From assembly GCA_950097015.1 (NCBI GenBank), contig CATNEN010000025.1, positions 8,556,001 to 8,620,000 of the forward strand: DNA of 64,000 nucleotides. The letters are read 5' to 3'. Source of the DNA: Macrostomum hystrix. Taxonomy: Eukaryota > Animalia > Platyhelminthes. The notes under the pieces were generated by a model. The model saw only the letters and a program-made list of their open reading frames with translations, ran no database searches and had not been told where the DNA came from. The translations under genes were made by a program, and so were the position numbers. This document shows, piece by piece, positions 27,101-39,300 of the stretch (positions within the stretch are counted from its first letter, which is position 1; every line of letters starts with the position of its first letter).

Positions 27101-30100
27101 ATACAATGCCAAAGAAGACTGGCTATTTCTGCTATATTTCTTTCTTTCGCATAGCCGGTCTTCTTTACATCATTGGTAGACACACTGGGTGAATCTTTAG
27201 CACACTGTAGCTTGAGTCCATTGGTAGACACACTGGGTGAATCTTGAGCACACTGTAGTTTGAGTCCATTGGTAGACACACTGGGTGAATCTTGAGCACA
27301 CTGTAGTTTGAGTCCATTGGTAGACACACTGGGTGAATCTTGAGCACACTGTAGTTTGAGTCCATTGGTAGACACACTGGGTGAATCTTGAGCACACTGT
27401 AGTTTGAGTCCATTGGTAGACACACTGGGTGAATCTTGAGCACACTGTAGTTTGAGTCCATTGGTAGACACACTGGGTGAATCTTGAGCACACTGTAGTT
27501 TGAGTCCATTGGTAGACACATTCGGAGTAAATGGACTCAGTGATGCTGTATTATTTCAAAAGTTCTAACTTCAGCTTCAAACTGACAGGCAGCAAGGCTG
27601 GCCTTGGACCGTGGTTGGGCCATAAACATCGGCGGCGGTTTTCATCACTGCAGCTCAGACAGAGGCGGCGGCTTCTGCGCCTACGCCGACATCAGCCTGG
27701 CTGTGCGGCTCCTCTCGCAGCCGGCCTCGAATTTTGAAGCTACTAGACGAGTCATGATAGTCGATCTGGACGCCCACCAGGGGAATGGATATGCCAGAGA
27801 CTTTGCTGGAGACGCCAATGTGTTCATCCTAGACGCCTTCAATGCCGAAATCTATCCGGGAGACCGGGAGGCTGCTGGTACAGTCTAGTGCAGTCTTCCC
27901 ATGGTACAGATTAGGAGACAGATGAGTAGATAGATGAGTAGACAGATGAGGTTGCTGAGGAGACAGCTGAGGGAGCTGATGAGACAGCTGAGGGAGCTGA
28001 GGAGACAGCTGTGGGAGCTGATGAGACAGCTGAGGGAGCTGATGAGACAGCTGAGGGAGCTGATGAGACAGCTGAGAGACCTGATGAGACAGCTGAGAGA
28101 CCTGATGAGACAGCTGAGGGACCTGATGAGACACCTGAGGGAGCTGATGAGGGAGCTGAGGATACAGTTAAGGGAGCTGATAAGACATCTGAGGGAGCTA
28201 AGGAGGGAGCTGAGGGAGCTGATGAGACAGCTGAGGTAGCTGATAAGACATCTGAGGGAGCTAAGGAGACAGCTGAGGGAGCTGATGAGACAGCTGAGGG
28301 AGCTGATAAGACATCTGAGGGAGCTAAGGAGGGAGCTGAGGGAGCTGATGAGACAGCTGAGGGAGCTGATAAGACATCTGAGGGAGCTAAGGAGACAGCT
28401 GAGGGAGCTGATGAGACAGCTGAGGTAGCTGATGAGACAGCTGAGGGACCTAAGGAGACAGCTGAGGGAGTTGGGTGTAGCAAACCCGCTGATGGAGTGG
28501 TTGAACTCATTATTATAAAATCCTAGAGTCGATCTCGCACAAGCTTGAGCTGGTGTCGGGCATCAGCAACGAGCCCTATTTGTCGGCGGTGTCGCAGGCA
28601 CTGTCAACGTCCCTGTCAGAATTCGCATCGCCGAATCTGGTGATTTACAACGCGGGCACAGATATTATGGAGGGCGACCCGCTTGGCCAAATGTGCATCA
28701 GTCCCCAGGTCAGTTGGACTTTGTTTGCCGTAAATTTATCCAAATTTTCTGTCTCGGTGTCGCCATATTTTTGCTAGCTTATGATTTGCCTTCGGATTGT
28801 CCAACACGCTTTTTTAACAATAAACCCTCAGTTCTTCAGGCTATAAACCCTCAGTTCTTCAGGCTATAAACCCTCAGTTCTTCAGGCTATAAACCCTCAG
28901 TTCTTCAGGCTATAAACCCTCAGTTCTTCAGGCTATAAACCCTCAGTTCTTCAGGCTATAAACCCTCAGTTCTTCAGGCTATAAACCCTCAGTTCTTCAG
29001 GCTATAAACCCTCAGTTCTTCAGACTATAAACCCTCAGTTCTTCAGACTATAAACCCTCAGTTCTTCAGGCTATAAACCCTCAGTTCTTCAGGCTATAAA
29101 CCCTCAGTTCTTCAGGCTATAAACCCTCAGTTCTTCAGACTATAAACCCTCAGTTCTTCAGACTATAAACCCCCAGTTCTTCAGGCTATAAACCCTCAGT
29201 TCTTCAGACTATAAACCCTCAGTTCTTCAGGCTATAAACCCTCAGTTCTTCAGACTATAAACCCTCAGTTCTTCAGGCTATAAACCCTCAGTTCTTCAGG
29301 CTATAAACCCTCAGTTCTTCAGGCTATAAACCCTCAGTTCTTCAGACTATAAACCCTCAGTTCTTCAGACTATAAACCCTCAGTTCTTCAGGCTATAAAC
29401 CCTCAGTTCTTCCGACTATAAACCCTCAGTTCTTCAGACTATAAACCCTCGGTTCTTCAGACTATAAACCCTCAGTTCTTCAGGCTATAAACCCTCAGTT
29501 CTTCAGACTATAAACCCTCAGTTCTTCAGGCTATAAACCCTCAGTTCTTCAGACTATAAACCCTCAGTTCTTCAGGCTATAAACCCTCAGTTCTTCAGGC
29601 TATAAACCCTCGGTTCTTCAGGCTATAAACCCTCAGTTCTTCAGACTATAAACCCTCGGTTCTTCAGACTATAAACCTCAGTTCTTCAGGCTATAAACCC
29701 TCAGTTCTTCAGGTTATAAACCCTCAGTTCTTTTGGATATAAACACTTAGTTCTTCAGACTATAAACCCTCAGTTCTTCAGGCTATAAACCCTCAGTTCT
29801 TCGGGCTATAAACCCTCAGTTCTTCAGGCTATAAACCCTCAGTTCTTCAGGCTATAAACCCTCAGTTCTTCAGGCTATAAACCCTCAGTTCTTCAGGCTA
29901 TAAACCCTCAGTTCTTCAGGCTATAAACCCTCAGTTCTTCGGGCTATAAACCCTCAGTTCTTCAGACTATAAACCTCAGTTCTTCATACTATGAACCCTC
30001 AGTTCTTCAGGCTATAAACCCTTAGTTCTTCAGGCTATAAACCCTCGGTTCTTCAGACTATAAACCCTCAGTTCTTCAGGCTATAAACCCTCGGTTCTTC

Positions 30101-30340
30101 AGACTATAAACCCTCAGTTCTTCAGACTATAAACCTCATAAAACTGGAAATTATCATAAAAAATCGCATTGCCAGGGTATTATCGACCGCGACCAGTTGG
30201 TCTTTGAAGCCTGCAGATCGCGTCGCATCCCTGTTGCTATGGTTACCAGTGGCGGCTATCAGCTTAGCAACGCGCGAGTGATTGCTGATTCGATACTGAA
30301 CCTGCACGCCAAGAACCTGATTGGCGGGCTGGTGGATTAG
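24136..30340 (+). CDS. HDAC11: Histone deacetylase 11 (class IV), 5 exons, ~344 aa
   Basis: Exons 24136-24417, 25705-25821, 27589-27877, 28527-28708, 30176-30340; phases 0,0,1,0. Motifs YNINFGGLEKVHPFD.GKW, FQTGGT, GWAINIGGGFHHCSSDRGGGFCAYADI, DLDAHQGNG, IYPGD, YNAGTDI..GDPLG, MVTSGGY, IADSILNL; catalytic residues intact. Confidence 0.95.
24465..25520. repeat. 18-20-bp purine-rich minisatellite in HDAC11 intron 1
   Basis: Unit GAG(AG)GGAGG(T/C)TGGCAGAGT. Confidence 0.95.
25878..27170 (-). mobile_element. Crypton-like (tyrosine recombinase/DUF3504-type) transposon remnant in HDAC11 intron 2
   Basis: Minus-strand fragments NLPKSA...WAVRKF...LRIFY..IRKLDGSLY....L..ARAGLFRYL....INII.D.RF..AN (26383-26721) and TPTKLQHEVYFLIALHFGLRGREWLRKL...ETKNVRG (~26050-26250); frameshifts and a 62-bp tandem duplication; flanked by CATTG direct repeats (25873-25877, 27171-27175) whose removal restores a perfect 48-bp minisatellite unit. 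Confidence 0.75.
27171..27520. repeat. 48-bp minisatellite (~7 units plus one split unit at ~25835-25877)
   Basis: Unit CATTGGTAGACACACTGGGTGAATCTTGAGCACACTGTAGTTTGAGTC. Confidence 0.95.
27915..28470. repeat. 21-bp minisatellite in HDAC11 intron 3
   Basis: Unit GAGACAGCTGAGGGAGCTGAT. Confidence 0.93.
28821..30137. repeat. 23-bp minisatellite (~57 units) in HDAC11 intron 4
   Basis: Unit TAAACCCTCAGTTCTTCAG(G/A)CTA. Confidence 0.97.
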
Positions 30341-30805
30341 CCATAGACATTGAATTATCCATGGACATAACTTTATTTGCGCTGTGTAGCTATTTTTTAT
30401 CTGGAAAAAAGTTTAATAAATTTTCCTACAATATTCTAGCATATATAGCCAAATTATGAGTTTTATAGAATCGTTAAATCTTTTTTCTGTAATAACAATT
30501 AGCAACGATGGTAGTTGTCTAAAAGCATGACAAAATAGTCTAGGATGATTTATTCTTGAGCTTTTTTGCTCAGATCCTCATTTTCAAGTTTCCACACTCC
30601 CAGATGCTCATTAATTAGGTTCTACCCTCTCAGAAGATCAATTTTAGGTTCAAACCTCCAGATCCTTATTGTTAAGTTTTTTACCAACCTTTTTTTCTAG
30701 ATTAAATACTTTTATAGTCGTCATATCCTTTACAGCTACTGATACTCGAATCTTATAAGTAGTGCGTTCGCAAATCTTAAGTCGAAATGCAAATAAACTA
30801 AACAA

Positions 30806-31201
30806 ATGAGCAACGATCAGCAGCCGGAGCAGCAGCGGCAGCAGCGACACCAGCAGGAGCTGGCCTGCGTCTGTCACTGGTTCAGCCACTGGCAGGCCTC
30901 CGAGAAGGCTGAGTTCCTCACCGACCTGGTCTTGGCGGCTGCGCCTTCGGCTCTGTGCCAATCGGACGAAGGCCTGCTATTAGTTTGCAACCGGCTTAGC
31001 TTAGCTGGTAGCCAATCATCTCCAAGCTTGTTTCGCTGCCAGCTACGCCTGTTTCGTGATTGGTTCGCCGAATGGCCAGCCAATCAGCGCAATCTGTTGG
31101 CTGTCCAATTGGAGGAGTTGGATCCGGCGTTTGCCTCCGAATTTTATAGACGATTGGCGGCTACAGCGAATGCTGGCGGTCCAGGAACTGGACTCGGATG
31201 A
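30806..31201 (+). CDS. C14orf119: C14orf119/DUF4508-like small protein, intronless
   Basis: QELACVCHWF..W...EK.EFL.DLV..A.P ... PSLF.CQL.LF..WF..W...QRN....LE..DP.F...FY..LAATA matches recalled pattern of human C14orf119. Confidence 0.85.
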   Translation: MSNDQQPEQQRQQRHQQELACVCHWFSHWQASEKAEFLTDLVLAAAPSALCQSDEGLLLVCNRLSLAGSQSSPSLFRCQLRLFRDWFAEWPANQRNLLAVQLEELDPAFASEFYRRLAATANAGGPGTGLG

Positions 31202-31224
31202 GAACCGCTGCGCCACACTCAGGA

Positions 31225-31720
31225 GAGTGAGAGGGGTTAGGCAGAGTGAGGGAGGTTGGCAGAGTGAGAGGGAGGTTGGCAGAGTGAGAGGGAGGGTTGG
31301 CAGTGTGAGATGGAGGTTGGCAGAGTGAGGGAGGTTGGCAGTGTGAGATGGAGGTTGGCAGTGTGAGAGGGAGGTTGGCAGTGTGAGAGGGAGGCTGGCA
31401 GTGTGAGATGGAGGCTGGCAGTGTGAGAGGGAGGCTGGTAGAGTGAGAGGGAGGTTGGCAGAGTGAGAGTGAGGTTGGCAGTGTGAGAGGGAGGCTGGTA
31501 GAGTGAGAGGGAGGTTGGCAGAGTGAGAGTGAGGTTGGCAGTGTGAGAGGGAGGCTGGCAGTGTGAGATGGAGGCTGGCAGTGTGAGAGGGAGGCTGGTA
31601 GAGTGAGAGGGAGGTTGGCAGAGTGAGAGTGAGGTTGGCAGTGTGAGAGGGAGGTTGGCAGAGTGAGAGGGAGGCTGGTAGAGTGAGAGGGAGGTTGGCA
31701 GAGTGAGAGTGAGGTTGGCA
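31225..31720. repeat. 20-bp purine-rich minisatellite just after C14orf119 stop
   Basis: Unit GAGAGGGAGGTTGGCAG(A/T)GT, same family as the 24465-25520 array. Confidence 0.93.
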
Positions 31721-32270
31721 CGGTTTGACAGTTTGCAGTATATTTTATTTCCGTGTTGTGATTGGGCTAGTTAATGCTTCCCTTTAATCTAATTATGATA
31801 GTTTGATGATAATGATAGCGTCCTAAAAAGTGACATTTAGTTTTTTACGCATTTCCTAAATTAAACCCTCTTCAATTACCCAGTTACAAAATATCTGATT
31901 TAGGTAAGTCGCCAAATAAGTATGAAAATCTTCACTGTTTATGTTGTCGCATTGTGAATGTGTAAATTGAATCCATTATTCGTTTAGCTTTTTTGTAAAA
32001 TTGAACTAATGCATTAGTTTTAAGCAAAGCATGTACTTGAATTGTCGCATTTCAGTGTCCTTGTGTCGATGATGAAAAACTCTTCCGAATGTATCTGTAT
32101 TTAACTCGGAAAAAATATACGCGTGATTCATATTAAATTCAATGAAACTCTGAAATTTAAATTTGATTTCTGTTTAGAAAACAGTTTTTTTGCTTATGTT
32201 CTGTTCTGGTTGTTCTGGTTATGTCTAAACAAAAATAGTAATAATAATAATTGATTACACCATCTGAAGA

Positions 32271-32480
32271 CTGCGTACGGCTGTTCAGTCCATGGACTGG
32301 GGGGACGCCACGCACACCCTAAATGTCTCCAGCTAATGCTGGTTACCCACTTAACAGCTGATTGAACTGAAGCTATTAAGTGTTAAGAGTTAAGTGTCTT
32401 GCTAAAAGGACACAAATTGTTCCAGTGGAGTCCGGAATCGACCTTCAAGTCGTGGTTTTGTCTGAACTGGTAATTGATTG
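32271..32480 (-). mobile_element. SINE family B copy
   Basis: Tail CTGCGTACGGCTGTTCAGTCCATGGACTGGG, core AGTGTCTTGCTAAAAGGACAC, head remnant GGAATCGACCTTCAAGTCGTG. Confidence 0.8.
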
Positions 32481-32709
32481 GATGAGGCCATGGTACTCTA
32501 GGTGTAAACCGAATGCAAATTATCCCTCGCAAAAGCCAATAGGAACTTTAGAAATCACTTCTAAATTGATCATGTCGATAAAGTTCTATTTTGTGCCAAT
32601 GAATGCAATGTGCCAGTCGACCAGAAAACTAAAATCACATCTGTAACCATACAATGCGTAGTATAACATTGCTATTGCTTATATACTGAAACATCTAACT
32701 GCGAGTACA

Positions 32710-32877
32710 TAACAACGGCTGGTGCCTAGTTGTTAGATCATCTGAATCACGATTTCCGACTCTACTGAAACAAACAGTGTCCTTTAGCCAAGACACTTAA
32801 CTCTGTATTGCTTCAGTTAATCCAGCTGTTAAATGGGTGTGTCGGGCCCAGTCCATGGACTGAACAGCCGTACGCAG
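32710..32877 (+). mobile_element. SINE family B copy, inverted relative to 32271-32480
   Basis: GTGTCCTTTAGCCAAGACACTTAACTC...CAGCTGTTAAATGGGT...CCCAGTCCATGGACTGAACAGCCGTACGCAG. Confidence 0.8.
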
Positions 32878-33346
32878 AGGCGCCGCGCAATAGCTGCAGC
32901 TGTGCTGTTGACTGCACATCTGGCCTGATTGTGTAATGAATAACTCATATTATGACTTATTAAGCAAGGCAGGCAAAAAAGTGAGCACTTCTTAGCTCTA
33001 TCGTGATGTGAAGAAGTCGGAGAGGCACAAATATATAAGACGCAAAAATAATCAATATATGCTCAGATTGTTACGAGCTACAACCGTTACCATTTTCCAA
33101 TCAATCGATCAATCAGTCAAGATTTTACTGCCTTGAGTGCGTTAATTTTCGCTCTTCGTTTTCTTTTAGGTGTCCATGCTTTATTTAGATATGACGAAGT
33201 ATGCGTAGTATGCTGTCTTCGACGGCGATTCCGCGGAAAAACCGTCTAAACCGTTTTATAATCCGAAAAAAAACTAAAACTTGAAATACCGCCAACCGGT
33301 TTGACATCAGAAATAAGGATAGAGGATTGGTTCTGAAAAAACATTC

Positions 33347-36300
33347 ATGTGTGCTTATTTTGTTTTTATTGCCACTTTCGCACTTATCGCTAGGTGAGTT
33401 TAACTGTGAGCCTACCTGTTATGTCATCAGTATGTATTTATTGCTTGCTGAACGTAATCCAGAAATATGCTATTGCAGTAACTGAATTTAATGGGCTTTT
33501 GAACCATTTGATCTTGGTTCAGATGGCTGCAAATCATTATTATTAACTTTGCTCATTAGTCATCAGAGAATCGTTTGAGTCGTTTGCGAAGCGTTTGAGC
33601 CATTAGAGACGCTTTTAAGCCAGAAGCGTTTGAGCCAGAAGCGTTTGAGCCAGAAGCGTTTGAGCCAGAAGCGTTTGAGTCAGAAGCGTTTGAGCCAGAA
33701 GCGTTTGAGCCATTAGAGACGCTTTTAAGCCAGAAGCGTTTGAGCCAGAAGCGTTTGAGCCAGAAGCGTTTGAGCCAGAAGCGTTTGAGCCATTAGAGAC
33801 GCTTTTAAGCCAGAAGCGTTTGAGCCAGAAGCGTTTGAGCCAGAAGCGTTTGAGCCAGAAGCGTTTGAGCCAGAAGCGTTTGAGCCAGAAGCGTTTGAGC
33901 CAGAAGCGTTTGAGCCAGAAGCGTTTGAGTCAGAAGCGTTTGAGCCAGAAGCGTTTGAGCCAGAAGCGTTTGAGCCAGAAGCGTTTGAGCCAGAAGCGTT
34001 TGAGCCAGAAGCGTTTGAGCCAGAAGCGTTTGAGCCAGAAGCGTTTGAGCCAGAAGCGTTTGAGCCAGAAGCGTTTGAGCCAGAAGCGTTTGAGCCAGAA
34101 GCGTTTGAGCCAGAAGCGTTTGAGCCAGAAGCGTTTGAGTCAGAAGCGTTTGAGCCAGAAGCGTTTGAGCCAGAAGCGTTTGAGCCAGAAGCGTTTGAGC
34201 CAGAAGCGTTTGAGCCAGAAGCGTTTGAGTCAGAAGCGTTTGAGCCAGAAGCGTTTGAGCCAGAAGCGTTTGAGCCAGAAGCGTTTGAGCCAGAAGCGTT
34301 TGAGCCAGAAGCGTTTGAGCCAGAAGCGTTTGAGCCAGAAGCGTTTGAGCCAGAAGCGTTTGAGCCAGAAGCGTTTGAGTCAGAAGCGTTTGAGCCAGAA
34401 GCGTTTGAGCCAGAAGCGTTTGAGCCAGAAGCGTTTGAGCCAGAAGCGTTTGAGCCAGAAGCGTTTGAGTCAGAAGCGTTTGAGTCGGGGGCGAGTGGGT
34501 CAGCGGCTTGCGTCGCTGCCTCGCTCTCCAATGGACGCTAGTTCAATTCTCTCTTCAAGTCACGATTAATTTCGGGACTTGTTGGAGGGGTTGGACAGTA
34601 GCGACCGGCGGAGGTGCACCATATTTCGTGCAATCAAAGCTTGAAATAATAGCTTCGCTCCTGGCTGGCTCATAAGCGTTTGAGTCAGAAGCGTTTGAGT
34701 CTTTAGAGAAGCGTTTGAGCCAGAAAGATCTAAACCAAACCAGTTTCGAAAACGAATAGCTCACTATTCATTTCAAGTACTCGTATGTAGGCGGTATGCA
34801 CAAAAATCCATAGCATTTGAAGAATTATGTTTACAACTGGAATCTTAAGAAAGCAATTTGCCTATTGAGCACGTTATTATTCTCTAATGAATGTAGCCCT
34901 CTCTCAGAGCTCTGGCTGCAAGTTAGCACCACACTTTATATCATTAGAAAAGGAGTAGCAACTAAACTATATCAGTTCTGCGCGTTACAAAATCTATCCA
35001 TGCGTGCGAGACACGATATTTTTAATGCTTTAGAGTTTCGACCGATGTCCCAAGCAGTGTTCCAAATCAATGTGGTAAAGTATTGCAAACTAAAAATAAT
35101 TCATACGAAAGATTGGTTCATACATTTCAAGATTGGGATTTCTCCTCCCGGCCATTGCTCATTACAGGTGTTCCGGTGAAAACCTGTATTGCGCTCGGGA
35201 CGGAACAACCGAAGTGAAGATCGACCTGGAGCTGGAGCGCCAGTTGAGCTGCAACAATCTTTGCACCTATCATCATGGCGACAAATATAGACCTAGCACA
35301 GTCCGCAACTGTCACTGGCGAATCAGCTTCCTCAATTTTCATGCACCTGCTCACCTTTGCCTTGAGCTGTTCGTCGCTCACATGGGGCTAATGGAGAATC
35401 GCACGCACACCGCTATTAGCAGTAGCTCCTTCGTGAATATTTTAAATACCACCCAGCATGGTACGTGTATTTGTTACTCTTTTGCTAAATTCATAGTTCA
35501 TTAAATAATAACTTATTCGATCCACCCCATTCTTCTTCTGCTTATCGACGTTTTCCTCATCCGTGTATCTTTGCTCCGTCGTTTAATAATACGGTCTTTT
35601 GTAATATTTGACTTTGCATTTTTATGGCTTTCTGGTCGATCGTCGCTTTGCACGATCATGGTCCTTTGGTCGATTGTCGCTTTGCACGATCATGGTCCTT
35701 TGGTCGATTGTCGCTTTGCACGATCAAGGTCCTTTGGTCGATTGTCGCTTTGCACGATCATGGTCCATTTTGGTCGATTGTCGCTTTGCACGATCATGGT
35801 CCTTTGGTCGATTGTCGCTTTGCACGATCATGGTCCTTTGGTCGATCTTCGCTTTGCACGATCATGGTCCATTTTGGTCGATTGTCGCTTTGCACGATCA
35901 AGGTCCTTTGGTCGATTGTCGCTTTGCACGATCATGGTCCTTTGGTCGATTGTCGCTTTGCACGATCAAGGTCCTTTGGTCGATCTTCGCTCTGCACGAT
36001 CATGGTCCTTTGGTCGATCTTCGCTTTGCACGATCATGGTCCATTTTGGTCGATTGTCGCTTTGCACGATCATGGTCCTTTGGTCGATTGTCGCTTTGCA
36101 CGATCATGGTCCTTTGGTCGATCTTCGCTTTGCACGATCAAGGTCCTTTGGTCGATCTTCGCTTTGCACGATCAAGGTCCTTTGGTCGATTGTCGCTTTG
36201 CACGATCAAGGTCCTTTGGTCGATTGTCGCTTTGCACGTTCAATGTCCTTTGGTCGATTGTCGCTTTGCACGATCAATGTCCTTTGGTCGATTGTCGCTT

Positions 36301-39300
36301 TGCACGATCAAGGTCCTATGGTCGATCTTCGCTTTGCACGATCATGGTCCTTTAGTCGATTGTCGCTTTGCACGATCAAGGTCCTTTGGTCGATCTTCGC
36401 TTTGCACGATCATGGTTCATTTTGGTCGATCTTCGCTTTGCACGATCATGGTCGTTTGTTTAAATCAGTTTGCTTATTTCTATTTGCTTGGTAGATTGTC
36501 GCTTTGCTTATTTGTGTTTCTTATGTTTTTCTCCCTGTTAATTTGTTGTTTTAGGTAGATCGACGTTTTTTAACTAGATTTTTCTGTAACTTTGTCCACC
36601 TTTCAGGCGATTGCTCGAGATATTATCCCTGGGATGACACAAAGCGCCTCCAACTGTTTTCGTTCTTTTCTGAGTAAGTGCCAGTGCGAACTTTAAGTTT
36701 TTGGTTGTTTTCAGTATTTAATTGTAGAGCCTGAATAAGCAGGTTGGTCATCCGCAGATCAGACTTCGTCGATGTTAGTCTGCAGACTAGCAGCAGCCAG
36801 GAGGGCCAAGTGGCCGATCGGTTCTTCATGCGAATCTCGCACTCGACGCAGGGCTACTGCAGCCGTGGCCTGGTCCTGCAAGACGGCCATTGTCTGGCTG
36901 TGCGAGTCACTGACCAGCTGGCCAAGGCCGCTGCGTTTCCAATCGCAACAAAAGCGGCTGAGTTCCTGCGCTCCTGTGAGTGCTGAACAGCCTCTGCGCT
37001 CTGTGGCTTGGGAATGGATTGTGGAGCTGTTTGTCTGTTTTCTCCGGGAGAACTCAATGAGCGTAATAGAAGGGTGCACTACAGTTCTCAGAAATCATAC
37101 TGGTGTGCTCAGGAAGTGTACTCAGATCGAGGTGTACTAGAGTACTCAGAATGTGTTCTCATATTCTACTCTAAAGGTGCATTGGATGCTCACAAGGTGT
37201 ACTAATAAACTGTGCTAGAACAACTACGAGTAATATAACCAAACAGTTAAAAGCAGACCATGGGGTATTTCAAAAATCCACATTTTTCTTTTTTTTCTGT
37301 ATCTCCTAAAATATTCAACCAATCGTAAAATCCAGAACAAGGGCAAAGTTTTCCGCACTATTTTATGAAACAACTTCTAGAAACACAAAACATCGACATT
37401 GTCGAGATATTCAACGATTCTTGCCGGGGTGTCTGGTGGCAAAAATTACCAATATAGGCTAAAAGTTTCTGCTCACAAAATTTTATAGTGTAACCATGGT
37501 AACCAGTTCGGCTATTTATTGTTGATTATATTGTACTTCAACTATTGTTTATGTTAGTTGTCATTAGTTGCGAGGTAGGCAAAGGGTAGATAAAATTCCC
37601 CGTGCTTCCTCACGGGGAAAAACAGCAACTTTCAACTGTTAGCACCTCTGTAACCGGCTACCCAGATCACAAGCTTGCTACCTCTGGAGGGCTGGAGCAG
37701 CACGAGGTCCATCTGAAGGACTCGCCGATCCGGCTGGGCATGTCCCGCTGCGGCTGCAACAAAAAGCAGCTGGTGTTCTGGCAGAAACTGGAGAACGGCA
37801 GCTGCGTGTGCGCGAATGCGTCCTTTCCGGCTGACAGGTATGACAGCTACTTGGTGCAGACAATGTCCCCAGCTCACTCCCAACTGAGCACACCAGCACC
37901 CTGGTTGCAGACAATGTCCCCAGCTCACTCCCAACTGAGCACACCAGCACCCTGGCTGCAGACAATGTCCCCAGCTCACTCCCAACTGAGCACACCAGCA
38001 CCCTGGCTGCAGACAATGTCCCCAGCTCACTCCCAACTGAGCACACCAGCACCCTGGCTGCAGACAATGTCCCCAGCTCACTCCCAACTGAGCACACCAG
38101 CACCCTGGCTGCAGACAATGTCCCCAGCTCACTCCCAACTGAGCACACCAGCACCCTGGCTGCAGACAATGTCCCCAGCTCACTCCCAACTGAGCACACC
38201 AGCACCCTGGCTGCAGACAATGTCCCCAGCTCACTCCCAACTGAGCACACCAGCACCCTGGCTGCAGACAATGTCCCCAGCTCACTCCCAACTGAGCACA
38301 CCAGCACCCTGGCTGCAGACAATGTCCCCAGCTCACTCCCAACTGAGCACACCAGCACCCTGGCTGCAGACAATGTCCCCAGCTCACTCCCAACTGAGCA
38401 CACCAGCACCCTGGCTGCAGACAATGTCCCCAGCTCACTCCCAACTGAGCACACCAGCACCCTGGCTGCAGACAATGTCCCCAGCTCACTCCCAACTGAG
38501 CACACCAGCACCCTGGCTGCAGACAATGTCCCCAGCTCACTCCCAACTGAGCACACCAGCACCCTGGCTGCAGACAATGTCCCCAGCTCACTCCCAACTG
38601 AGCACACCAGCACCCTGGCTGCAGACAATGTCCCCAGCTCACTCCCAACTGAGCACACCAGCACCCTGGCTGCAGACAATGTCCCCAGCTCACTCCCAAC
38701 TGAGCACACCAGCACCCTGGCTGCAGACAATGTCCCCAGCTCACTCCCAACTGAGCACACCAGCACCCTGGCTGCAGACAATGTCCCCAGCTCACTCCCA
38801 ACTGAGCACACCAGCACCCTGGCTGCAGACAATGTCCCCAGCTCACTCCCAACTGAGCACACCAGCACCCTGGCTGCAGACAATGTCCCCAGCTCACTCC
38901 CAACTGAGCACACCAGCACCCTGGCTGCAGACAATGTCCCCAGCTCACTCCCAACTGAGCACACCAGCACCCTGGCTGCAGAGTGCTCGAAGGCTCCGGT
39001 GATTGTCTGACGGTGGAGATTTCGAGGAATGCAAGCAGCAGCGAGTCGCTGAAATTTAAGCCAACTGCGTGCGGCGGGTTGCAAGCGACACTGTTGAGCT
39101 TCGCGACGACGCCTTCACCCAGCAGGTCGCGGGCCTGTTCAGCTAGCAGGGATTGCCATCCGGCCCGGCTGCAGACCGATGTGCTGCTTCTGCAGAGAAA
39201 GTGACGTCACTTCATCTCATACAACTGTGCCGGTTAAGATTGTGTTCCCAATATCTTTTATTTTTGTATGTATTGTTGCTTATGTGATCCACCGTTACAG

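Noticed and set aside
28821-38980. CRISPR-like appearance of 23-51-bp repeats
   Set aside because: Units are head-to-tail with no unique spacers, context is eukaryotic and no cas genes are present.
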